Of a stretch of DNA of 34,089 nucleotides, positions 26,643 through 33,147 are shown piece after piece. The stretch comes from Actinomycetota bacterium (GTDB lineage: Bacteria > Actinomycetota > Acidimicrobiia > IMCC26256 > PALSA-610). The stretch lies in the NCBI GenBank assembly GCA_005779345.1, contig SXJQ01000121.1, positions 1-34,089 of the forward strand. The letters are read 5' to 3'. Each line of letters opens with the position of its first letter. The first letter of the stretch is position 1. The notes beneath the pieces were generated by a model. That model ran no database searches. It was given only the letters and a program-made list of their open reading frames with translations, and had not been told where the DNA came from. A program made the position numbers and the translations under genes.

Positions 26643-26990
26643 CTAGAGGGCGAGATGGAGGCGCAGCGCCTCGTCGAGTGCGCCCATCGCCGCGGGCGGC
26701 ACGACACCCACCCTCGACCCGACCCGTTCGACCGCGACCGACCGGACCTGTTCGGCTTGAGCCTTCGAGTCGAGCTGAAGTCCAGTGTCCGACGCGCGCA
26801 ACACGACCTGGAACGGGTAGACGTGAGTGAGACTCGACGTCACCGGCACGATCGTCACGACGCCGCGCCCGAGCCGACCCGCGGCCTGGTTCGCTCCGTC
26901 GTTGCTGACCACCACTGCCGACCGCCGCTTGCTCGCCTCGGAATTACGCACCGGTTCGAGGTCGACGAGCCGGATCTCACCGCGGCGCAT
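26643..26990 (-). CDS. mazF: type II toxin, MazF/PemK endoribonuclease family
   Basis: MRRGEIRLVDLEPVRNSEASKRRSAVVVSND...VVTIVPVTSS...DSKAQAEQVRSVAVERV follows the PemK/MazF pattern. Confidence 0.9.
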   Translation of the reverse strand: MRRGEIRLVDLEPVRNSEASKRRSAVVVSNDGANQAAGRLGRGVVTIVPVTSSLTHVYPFQVVLRASDTGLQLDSKAQAEQVRSVAVERVGSRVGVVPPAAMGALDEALRLHLAL

Positions 26991-27147
26991 CTGCGAGCCC
27001 GTCCCCGGTCACGGCTTCCCACTCGGCGCCTGTGTCAGAGTCGGCCCACTCCTGCCATGCATGGCCGCGAAGGGTCATCGGAGCGGCGGGTCCGTGTCTG
27101 CGGAGGTCGCCGGGGACCATGACGCCCTCGCCGGCCGCGCACGACAC
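26977..27147 (-). CDS. candidate short antitoxin ORF (47-56 aa) overlapping the mazF start
   Basis: This is the only open frame upstream of mazF. It starts at GTG 27147 or ATG 27120 and reads (VSCAAGEGV)MVPGDLRRHGPAAPMTLRGHAWQEWADSDTGAEWEAVTGDGLADAPR*. Its TGA at 26977-26979 overlaps mazF by 14 nt. A stop at 27151-27153 caps its length. It has an acidic, Trp-rich tail like MazE/AbrB-type antitoxins, but no clear fold signature. Confidence 0.35.
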   Translation of the reverse strand: MSCAAGEGVMVPGDLRRHGPAAPMTLRGHAWQEWADSDTGAEWEAVTGDGLADAPR

Positions 27148-27164
27148 CTGTCATCATTGGGCCG

Positions 27165-27830
27165 ATGGCGTTTCGAGGGTTTCCGGCTGCCGCGTTCGAC
27201 TTCTACGCTCGCCTCGAACTGGACAATTCGCGTGCGTTCTGGCTCGCGAACAAGGCGATCTACGACGACGCGATCAAGGGAACCGTCGCTGACCTGTCGC
27301 AGTCGGTCGAACGGCAATTCGGCGCGCTGCGTCTGTTCCGACCGTACCGCGACGTCCGTTTCTCGAAGGACAAGACGCCGTACAAGACGGTCGCCGGCGC
27401 AGTGACCGAGAGCGAGGGCGGCTCGGCGTTCTACGTGCAGATTTCCGCGGAAGGCCTGTTCGTCGGATGCGGGATGTACGTCATGGCTTCCGATCAACTC
27501 GATCGCTGGCGATCCGCGCTCGACGACTCACGCCGCGGTTCGGCGATCGCACGCGTGGTCGACGCCCTGCGCGCCGATCGCTACGACATCGGCGCGATGG
27601 AATCGCTGAAGACCGCGCCGCGGGGCTACCCGAAGGACCATGACCGCGTCGAGCTGCTCCGAATGAAGGGACTCACGATGGGCAAGAGTCTCCCGCTCGC
27701 CAAGTGGATGCACTCCCCCAAGTCGCTCGATCGCGTCCTCACCGTTTGGAGGGCGGCACGACCGATGACCACCTGGCTGGAGCGCCACGTCGGACCGAGC
27801 ACACTCGCGCCGCCAGAACCCGACTTCTGA
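27165..27830 (+). CDS. DUF2461 (TIGR02453) family protein
   Basis: MAFRGFPAAAFDFYARLELDNSRAFWLANKAIYDDAIKG...RPYRDVRFSKDKTPYKT matches the family N-terminal pattern. Confidence 0.85.
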   Translation: MAFRGFPAAAFDFYARLELDNSRAFWLANKAIYDDAIKGTVADLSQSVERQFGALRLFRPYRDVRFSKDKTPYKTVAGAVTESEGGSAFYVQISAEGLFVGCGMYVMASDQLDRWRSALDDSRRGSAIARVVDALRADRYDIGAMESLKTAPRGYPKDHDRVELLRMKGLTMGKSLPLAKWMHSPKSLDRVLTVWRAARPMTTWLERHVGPSTLAPPEPDF

Positions 27831-27871
27831 ACGCCGAGCGATTCCGACGACGACCGTCGATGCCGACGACA

Positions 27872-28621
27872 TCACGGCGCCCCCTCGTGCCGGGTCAGTG
27901 CGAGCGCGTCGTGAAGGCTGAACCGGCCCTCGTAGAGCGCCGTGCCGATGATCGCGCCCTCGACGCCGTGCTCGACCAACCCCCGGAGGGCTTCGAGGTC
28001 GGTCAGTTCGGTGATGCCGCCGGAGGCCACCAGCGGACGGTCGGTGGCGGCGCAGACGCCGCGGAGCAGGTCGAGGTTGGGACCCTCGAGCATCCCGTCC
28101 TTGTCGACGTCGGTCACCACGTAGCGGGCACAACCCTCCGAATCGAGCCGCGCCAGCACCTCGTAGAGGTCGCCGCCCTGAGCGCCCCCACCGCGGGCGG
28201 CCAGGGTCCGGCCGCGAACGTCGATACCGACCGCGACGCGGTCGCCGTAATCCGCGATCGCCTGGGCGCACCACTCCGGTTGCCCGAGCGCGGCGGTCGC
28301 GATGTTGACCCGACGACAACCGGTGGCCAGCGCCGCCGCCAACGTCTCGTCGTCGCGGATGCCCCCGCTCAGCTCCACGCGGATGTCGAGCCGACCGACG
28401 ATCTCGGTGAGCAGGGCTCGGTTGTTGCCCCACCCGAACGCCGCGTCGAGATCAACGAGATGGATCCATTCCGCACCGCACCGCTGCCAGTTCAGCGCCG
28501 CCTCGATCGGGTCGCCGGACACCTTCGCCGACCCAGCGGCCGCGTGGATGAGTTGGACCGCCCGACCGCCCTGGACATCGACGGCCGGCAGGAGCTCGAG
28601 GTAGTCAGCCACGCGCGACAC
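27872..28621 (-). CDS. priA: HisA/PriA (ProFAR isomerase / phosphoribosylanthranilate isomerase) homologue
   Basis: [71 protein letters not shown] and ASGGI...GAIIGTALY are near-collinear with actinobacterial PriA as I remember it. Confidence 0.9.
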   Translation of the reverse strand: MSRVADYLELLPAVDVQGGRAVQLIHAAAGSAKVSGDPIEAALNWQRCGAEWIHLVDLDAAFGWGNNRALLTEIVGRLDIRVELSGGIRDDETLAAALATGCRRVNIATAALGQPEWCAQAIADYGDRVAVGIDVRGRTLAARGGGAQGGDLYEVLARLDSEGCARYVVTDVDKDGMLEGPNLDLLRGVCAATDRPLVASGGITELTDLEALRGLVEHGVEGAIIGTALYEGRFSLHDALALTRHEGAP

Positions 28622-28835
28622 CGTATTGCCGGCCGCCCCGTCGACGATTCGACCTTTCGGGCCGAGCCCGCGCGCTCCAACCAGATCTCGCTGAACGGCC
28701 GCCCGCTCGGGACGTGATTCGGGCCGTCGATTGCAGAACTGGAACGCCGTAACCGGTGATGCGTACCCGCGTGGAGGATCTGCTCTGCGTCCAGGATCAG
28801 CCGGGGACGGGGATGGGTCTACGCGTCGTGGCCGG

Positions 28836-29303
28836 TCATCGACCCATCATCCCGCCGTGCATCATCCAGTTGTCCCAGTCACCGTCCATGTGATCCTGCA
28901 TCCAGGTCACCATCGCGTCGCACCAGTCGTCGCCTGCCGCTGACGTGGTCGGCGTGGAGCTCGACGTCATCCACTGACCGCACGTGCTGCGCATCCGATC
29001 GGGATCGCCCCACATCATCTGGCCCATCATGTTGCCAGCACCCATCTGATCGCGCATCCAGCTGCCCATCCCTGCGCACCAATCCGTGCTGGGGTGAGCG
29101 CCGCTGTAGCTACCCATCCAGTCTTCGCAACCCTGCTGCACACTCGCGATGCGCGAGGCATCGCTCACCGCAACGGCATCGTTGTCATCATCGTTGCTCG
29201 TTACGACGCCGATACCGATGGCGATCCCGATCACCGCAACGACGGCGATGATGGCGGGAATCAGCCACGGTCGACGGCGGGGAGAGACGGCGGCTTCAGT
29301 CAT
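28836..29303 (-). CDS. membrane-anchored Met/Trp/Cys-rich repeat protein (putative extracytoplasmic metal-binding protein)
   Basis: The N-terminus [26 protein letters not shown] is a single TM anchor. The ~120-aa tail holds 17 Met, 9 Trp, 4 Cys and 3 His. It has repeated motifs [24 protein letters not shown] and [16 protein letters not shown]3 is high. It is divergent from a metal-sensor regulator. Confidence 0.75.
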   Translation of the reverse strand: MTEAAVSPRRRPWLIPAIIAVVAVIGIAIGIGVVTSNDDDNDAVAVSDASRIASVQQGCEDWMGSYSGAHPSTDWCAGMGSWMRDQMGAGNMMGQMMWGDPDRMRSTCGQWMTSSSTPTTSAAGDDWCDAMVTWMQDHMDGDWDNWMMHGGMMGR

Positions 29304-29354
29304 GCTGCGAGCCTAGAACGGGCCGTCAGCACGAACAAGACCGCGAAGTAATAT

Positions 29355-29372
29355 CATCGGCATATGGCGATG
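29355..29372. promoter_or_regulatory. candidate operator (16/18 palindrome) spanning the regulator's start codon
   Basis: CATCGGCATATGGCGATG is a palindrome with 2 mismatches, centred on CATATG. It lies immediately downstream of a TAATAT -10-like hexamer (29349-29354), in the 60-nt divergent intergenic region. Confidence 0.35.
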
Positions 29373-29711
29373 ACAGCGTCTGACTCGGATGTCCAGGTGG
29401 CGGCGAAGCTGTTCCGAGGTTTCGGCGACCCGACCCGACTCGCAATCCTGCTCGAGCTCCGCGGCGGCGAACGACGCGTCAAGGACCTCGTCGCAACAGT
29501 CGGCACATCACAGGGCAACGTGTCGGGCCACCTCGCCTGCCTGAAGGAATGCGGCCTCGTGCTCGACCGTCCCGAGGCGCGCCAAGTCTTCTACCGGCTC
29601 GCGTCCGACGAAATCACCCAACTCCTCCAAGCCGCCGAGCGCTTGCTCGCCTCGACCGGTACGCAGATCGACCTCTGCCCGAAGTTCACACGACGCCCGC
29701 GACGCCGATGA
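29364..29711 (+). CDS. ArsR/SmtB-family metal sensor, CmtR-like (Cd/Pb-type cysteine arrangement)
   Basis: GDPTRLAILLEL...VSGHLACLKECGLV has the two alpha-4 cysteines (CxxxC) as in M. tuberculosis CmtR (HLSCLRGCGLV, recalled). A C-terminal Cys is also present (DLCPKF). Confidence 0.85.
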   Translation: MAMTASDSDVQVAAKLFRGFGDPTRLAILLELRGGERRVKDLVATVGTSQGNVSGHLACLKECGLVLDRPEARQVFYRLASDEITQLLQAAERLLASTGTQIDLCPKFTRRPRRR

Positions 29712-30388
29712 CCGCGACACATTCGCCCCCGGTCGACCAGAGTCACCTCCGCCGCCTCGCCGTGCTCCTCGCGACGGCAACGATCACCTGGAACATCATC
29801 GAAGCAGGCGTCTCGCTCACGGCCGGCGCCGCAGTCGGATCGGTCGCGCTCATCACGTTCGGCATCGACGCACTGATCGAAGTCGGGTCGGCTTCGGTCG
29901 TGCTCTGGCAGTACTCCGGACACGACAGCGACGCCCGCTCTCACGCTGCACTCAAAGCAATCGCCGTGTCGTTCTTCGCGCTCGCCGCATACGCCGCTAC
30001 GCGAGGCGTATTCGACCTCGCGACCGGTCACCAGCCAGACGCATCGGCGGCCGGGATCGCGATCGCCGCACTCTCACTCGTCGTCATGCCGCTACTCGCC
30101 GTCCAGAAGCGGCGCGTCGGGCGGGACCTGAATTCGAGCACCGTGATGGCCGACAGTGCACAGACCGTCCTCTGCACGTACCTCTCGGCCGCGCTCCTCG
30201 CCGGACTCGCGTTCAACGCAGCGTTCGGGTGGTGGTGGGCCGACCCACTCGTCGCCCTCGTGGTCGCCGCACTCGCGATTGCCGAAGGACGCGAAGCATG
30301 GAATGGCGACACCGCCTGCTGCGCGACCCCAGGGTTCGAACACGACCCACAGGGTCGCGACCGATCGGACGCCCCCACGCCACGCTGA
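29708..30388 (+). CDS. short cation-efflux (CDF-like) membrane protein without a cytoplasmic C-terminal domain
   Basis: An ATGA overlap with the regulator's stop places the start at 29708. There are about 5-6 TM segments with polar pairs in the TMs (FGIDALIEVGS, VMADSAQTVLC). The tail is Cys-rich (DTACCATPGFEHD). Confidence 0.65.
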   Translation: MTATHSPPVDQSHLRRLAVLLATATITWNIIEAGVSLTAGAAVGSVALITFGIDALIEVGSASVVLWQYSGHDSDARSHAALKAIAVSFFALAAYAATRGVFDLATGHQPDASAAGIAIAALSLVVMPLLAVQKRRVGRDLNSSTVMADSAQTVLCTYLSAALLAGLAFNAAFGWWWADPLVALVVAALAIAEGREAWNGDTACCATPGFEHDPQGRDRSDAPTPR

Positions 30389-30395
30389 ACGTCGG

Positions 30396-30418
30396 CATCG
30401 CGCGGTCGGCGCGCGATG
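30396..30418. terminator. bidirectional hairpin between convergent genes
   Basis: A perfect 9-bp stem, CATCGCGCG / CGCGCGATG, with the 5-nt loop GTCGG. Confidence 0.55.
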
Positions 30419-30436
30419 TCCGCTAGAACCCAGACA

Positions 30437-30973
30437 TCACTCGCACTCGAAAGTCGCGGCTACTTGCGCGGTGTCGGTCGGCACCGATCCCGGGAGCACG
30501 GCATCGAGGGCGAACCCCGACGCCCCGTCGAACTCCCACGTGCCGTCGCCGAACCCTCGGCTCGTGAACCGCGCCGCGGCGAGGCTCCGGTTCGCGGATT
30601 CGAGGTCGCTCTCCGCGTCCAGGATGTCGAGCGATGCGACAGGCGACCCCGCCTGCGGCCCATCCTCGTCGACCACCTCGGTCGCCTCGACGGTGAACCG
30701 GAAGCCGGTCGAGGTGTCATCGTCCCAGCGTTGCGCCCGGAACTGGTACTCGTTCCAGACGATCCTGCCGTTTCCGTCGCGTTCGGGTCGGACGGTGAGC
30801 TCCTCGTCCGCGCCGTCGAAGTCCACGGTGGTGCCCCCAGCAGTGAACGAACCCGTCACCGAGCATCCGCCGCCGGGCGGTGTCGTGGTCGTGGTCACGT
30901 CGGCGGCTTCCATCGCGTCGTCCGCGGTGACGCCGTCGGGCCGGACCAGTTCTCCCTGCTGGCGCTGCATCAT
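30437..30973 (-). CDS. hypothetical protein (start uncertain)
   Basis: GC3 is high from about 31000 down to the stop at 30437. The product is MMQRQQGELVRPDG...TTTTTPPGGGCSVTGSF...ATFECE. It has no signal peptide and no recognisable family. The track ORF stays open up to 31261, but that part belongs to a GNAT remnant. Confidence 0.45.
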   Translation of the reverse strand: MMQRQQGELVRPDGVTADDAMEAADVTTTTTPPGGGCSVTGSFTAGGTTVDFDGADEELTVRPERDGNGRIVWNEYQFRAQRWDDDTSTGFRFTVEATEVVDEDGPQAGSPVASLDILDAESDLESANRSLAAARFTSRGFGDGTWEFDGASGFALDAVLPGSVPTDTAQVAATFECE

Positions 30974-31010
30974 CGTGTTCAGCGAGGGGGCGAACTCGAA
31001 GCCGATCGAT

Positions 31011-31261
31011 TCATCGCCGGCATAGCGGAGTGAGAACGCGGAAGTGCGGAACTGAGACCGCTGCCTCGTGTCGACTGTCGTGGTGGCGATAGAAGGCCGC
31101 GTCATCGATCGCATCGACCACGACCAACTTCCCGCCGGCACCCGCGCGGCCTCGAGAATCGTCGGCAGCGCGCGTACGAGCAGTTCGCCCCCCAGCCCCT
31201 GATCGTGCAGTTCCTCGCTGAGCGCGAGCGTGTCGAGCTGGCGTCGGAAGATGGTGGCCAT
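31011..31261 (-). pseudogene. GNAT acetyltransferase C-terminal remnant (5'-truncated, frameshifted)
   Basis: One frame gives ATIFRRQLDTLALSEELHDQGLGGELLVRALPTILEAARVPAG. After a shift near 31125-31140, the frame of ORF 31011..31295 continues KLVVVDAIDDAAFYRHH. Together these form the QGxGLG...vda.d..A..FY core of a GNAT. Stops lie immediately upstream of 31261, so the N-terminal half is absent. Confidence 0.5.
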
Positions 31262-31277
31262 GCGCGGACGAACCTAC

Positions 31278-31306
31278 TTGTACACACCCGTACACTAGTG
31301 TACAGT
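31278..31306 (+). promoter_or_regulatory. candidate leaderless promoter with operator palindrome for phd-vapC
   Basis: TTGTAC (31278-31283) is followed by a 17-nt spacer and TACAGT (31301-31306, fits TANNNT), with the ATG at 31313 six nt later. The spacer and -10 contain the perfect 14-bp palindrome GTACACTAGTGTAC (31290-31303). A further TGTACAC half-site lies at 31279-31285. Confidence 0.5.
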
Positions 31307-31312
31307 TGTGCC

Positions 31313-31603
31313 ATGTCGACGATGTCAGTCAGCGAAGCACGCGCCGCGCTGCCGGAACTCCTCGACCGTGTGCTCGCCGGCGACGAAGTGACCATCACGC
31401 GCCACGGGCAGGCGGTGGCGGTCGTCGTCCGTCCCGACGCCATACGGGTTCGGCGGGCCGACCGAGCACTCGGGGACGCCGAGCGTCTGCGTGACAGGTT
31501 CGACCGCGCCCGAGCCACCCCGCTCTGCGATGCGCCCACGGTGAGCGCGGAGCGGGCTCACGAACTCGTCGCCGACGTGGCCGCCGGCCGGTCGGCGCGC
31601 TGA
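31313..31603 (+). CDS. type II antitoxin, Phd/YefM family
   Basis: MSTMSVSEARAALPELLDRVLAGDEVTITRHGQAVAVVVRPD is the canonical Phd/YefM N-terminus. The start was chosen at the in-frame ATG 31313. Confidence 0.9.
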   Translation: MSTMSVSEARAALPELLDRVLAGDEVTITRHGQAVAVVVRPDAIRVRRADRALGDAERLRDRFDRARATPLCDAPTVSAERAHELVADVAAGRSAR

Positions 31604-31614
31604 TCGGCTGAGAC

Positions 31615-32037
31615 ATGGACGCTTTCGACGCCGACGTCCTGATCTATGCGGCCGTATCTGATCACCAGCTCGGGCGACGCGTCCGCGCGCTGTTTCCCGC
31701 GCAAGCGACCACGACGAGCGGCGCCGTTGCGGGCATCGGCTCCGTGCTCCTCATACCAGAACTGCTCACCAAACCCATGCGCGATGGCGCTGAGGCCGAG
31801 CTCGAGGCGTTGACAGCCCTGCTTGGGCGTGTCGACCTCCGACCCGTCGACGAGGCCATCGCGGAACTCGCGACCGCGCTCGGAGCCACCCACCGACTGC
31901 GCGCCGCTGATGCAGTGCACCTCGCGACCGCCGTGGCGGCCGGCGCCGACCGCTTCATCACGAACAATTCCTCGGACTTCTCGAAGACCATCACCGAAGT
32001 CGCCATCACCTACCCCGACGAGCTTCCCGAACCCTGA
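31615..32037 (+). CDS. vapC: type II toxin, PIN-domain VapC family
   Basis: MDAFDADVLIY (first acidic residue), IPELL, AADAVHLATAVAAGADRFITNN (the DA.hLA.A PIN motif). It starts 12 nt after the antitoxin gene's stop. Confidence 0.9.
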   Translation: MDAFDADVLIYAAVSDHQLGRRVRALFPAQATTTSGAVAGIGSVLLIPELLTKPMRDGAEAELEALTALLGRVDLRPVDEAIAELATALGATHRLRAADAVHLATAVAAGADRFITNNSSDFSKTITEVAITYPDELPEP

Positions 32038-32244
32038 CCTACCACCCCGAAGGGCGGGGCAGCGTCGAGGCGCTCTCGCGTGGGGTACAAGTGCGTGTCG
32101 GAGGGGCGACTTTAACCCTTAGTACACGCGATTCGGGCTTGTGGAACGCCTGGCTGAGCGCTGCGTGAAGGTCGCGGCGTAAGCCGCGCGCGGCTGAAGC
32201 GCGCCCGCTGTGGGCTCAGGCTCTTGACCGGCAGCGTCAGTCCT

Positions 32245-32505
32245 TCAACGATGATCGCCGCTTTGGCCCTTGTCGGACATACCCCACATCATGAGGGCCA
32301 TCATCGCGGTACACGCGACTGCGACCAGCAGGAAACCCGCGCTGACGACACCCGCGCCCACCAGCGCGACCGCGATCACCAGCATCGGGAGGCAGCAGAT
32401 GATCATCATCCAGCCGTGGCCCTGGTGACCTCGATGCGGGGCGCCTACTTGAGTCGCGTGATCCGTCTGCTCCTGGTCGGGCCCGGTCGGATGCTCGTGG
32501 TTCAT
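32245..32505 (-). CDS. DUF2933 family small membrane protein (His-rich N-terminus)
   Basis: HEHPTGPDQEQTDHATQVGAPHRGHQGHGWMMIICCLPMLVI matches the DUF2933 pattern (His-rich, then WxMxxCCxxP). An ATGA overlap links it to the upstream gene. Confidence 0.8.
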   Translation of the reverse strand: MNHEHPTGPDQEQTDHATQVGAPHRGHQGHGWMMIICCLPMLVIAVALVGAGVVSAGFLLVAVACTAMMALMMWGMSDKGQSGDHR

Positions 32506-32789
32506 GTCGGTCTCCGCAACGACTTCGGCACAAAGCCGAGTTTCTGATAGAGGGGACAGTGCCCGAGCGCGCCCGTGACCGCCAGGTCGAGGCCGGCAGC
32601 GGCCAGCAGCAGGGCGAGTACCACCGCGACGACAGATCCGCCGCCGCCGAGAAGTACGACCGCGGCCATGATTGCCGCGACGCCGATGACCAGCCGACCG
32701 ATCCGTTCATTCGCTGTGATGTTGACGGTCGGACGGCCTCGCCGTCGGGGCGTCCCCAACGGTTGCGCGAGTTGATTCTTCGGATTCAT
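32502..32789 (-). CDS. DUF2892 (YgaP-like membrane domain) protein
   Basis: NITANERIGRLVIGVAAI...GLDLAVTGALGHCPLYQKLG matches N..ER..R...G ... TG..G.CP.Y..LG. A strong SD (AAGGAGAGGGAA) precedes the ATG. Confidence 0.8.
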   Translation of the reverse strand: MNPKNQLAQPLGTPRRRGRPTVNITANERIGRLVIGVAAIMAAVVLLGGGGSVVAVVLALLLAAAGLDLAVTGALGHCPLYQKLGFVPKSLRRPT

Positions 32790-32853
32790 TTCCCTCTCCT
32801 TTGCGTTGATGCGAACGCAGGACCCCGCGCATCACCGAGGCGGGGATCGTCGT

Positions 32854-33147
32854 TCACCTTGCGGTTCCCTCAGTGTCTCCATCTCGACGCGGGTGCCGCC
32901 CCGCGTCGCTCCGAGTCATCGCGAGCCGGTCGACCGCTCGTCGCACCTCGCGCTCCGATCGGCCACCGATCACACCCGCGACGATGCACGTCACCACGCA
33001 CAGCAGGAACAGGACCGCGGCCGCAGTGGTCCACGCGTCGCGACCCCAGCCACGGGCGAGCAGCGCGACGAGCAGCAGAGCGGAACCGGCGATGCTCGTT
33101 CGCATGGCGACTCGTGCGGCCCCACGGGAGACGCGAAGGCGGGTCAT
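32854..33147 (-). CDS. small two-TM membrane protein, hypothetical
   Basis: It has two hydrophobic segments (SIAGSALLLVALLA and AAAVLFLLCVVTCIVAGVIGG). An ATGA overlap with the P-type ATPase stop (33144-33147) suggests translational coupling. Confidence 0.55.
   Translation of the reverse strand: MTRLRVSRGAARVAMRTSIAGSALLLVALLARGWGRDAWTTAAAVLFLLCVVTCIVAGVIGGRSEREVRRAVDRLAMTRSDAGRHPRRDGDTEGTAR

Noticed and set aside
28622-28835. The 214-nt region upstream of priA, considered as a possible attenuator, T-box or leader peptide.
   Set aside because: No His/Trp-codon-rich leader ORF, no T-box specifier/antiterminator pattern, and only short (4-5 bp) stems were seen by eye. It cannot be evaluated further without folding and covariation tools.
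30416-31033. A plus-strand 205-aa ORF overlapping the hypothetical/GNAT-remnant region.
   Set aside because: It is Arg/Gly-rich and antisense to a frame with much better codon bias, and it has no motifs.
32085-32145. A tRNA-like or att-site-like fragment (ggaggggcgactttaaccc...) after vapC, plus a general scan for tRNA, rRNA and CRISPR repeats.
   Set aside because: No T-loop (GTTCGAATC-like) with a matching acceptor stem and no cloverleaf could be drawn. No regularly spaced direct repeats exist anywhere in the window.
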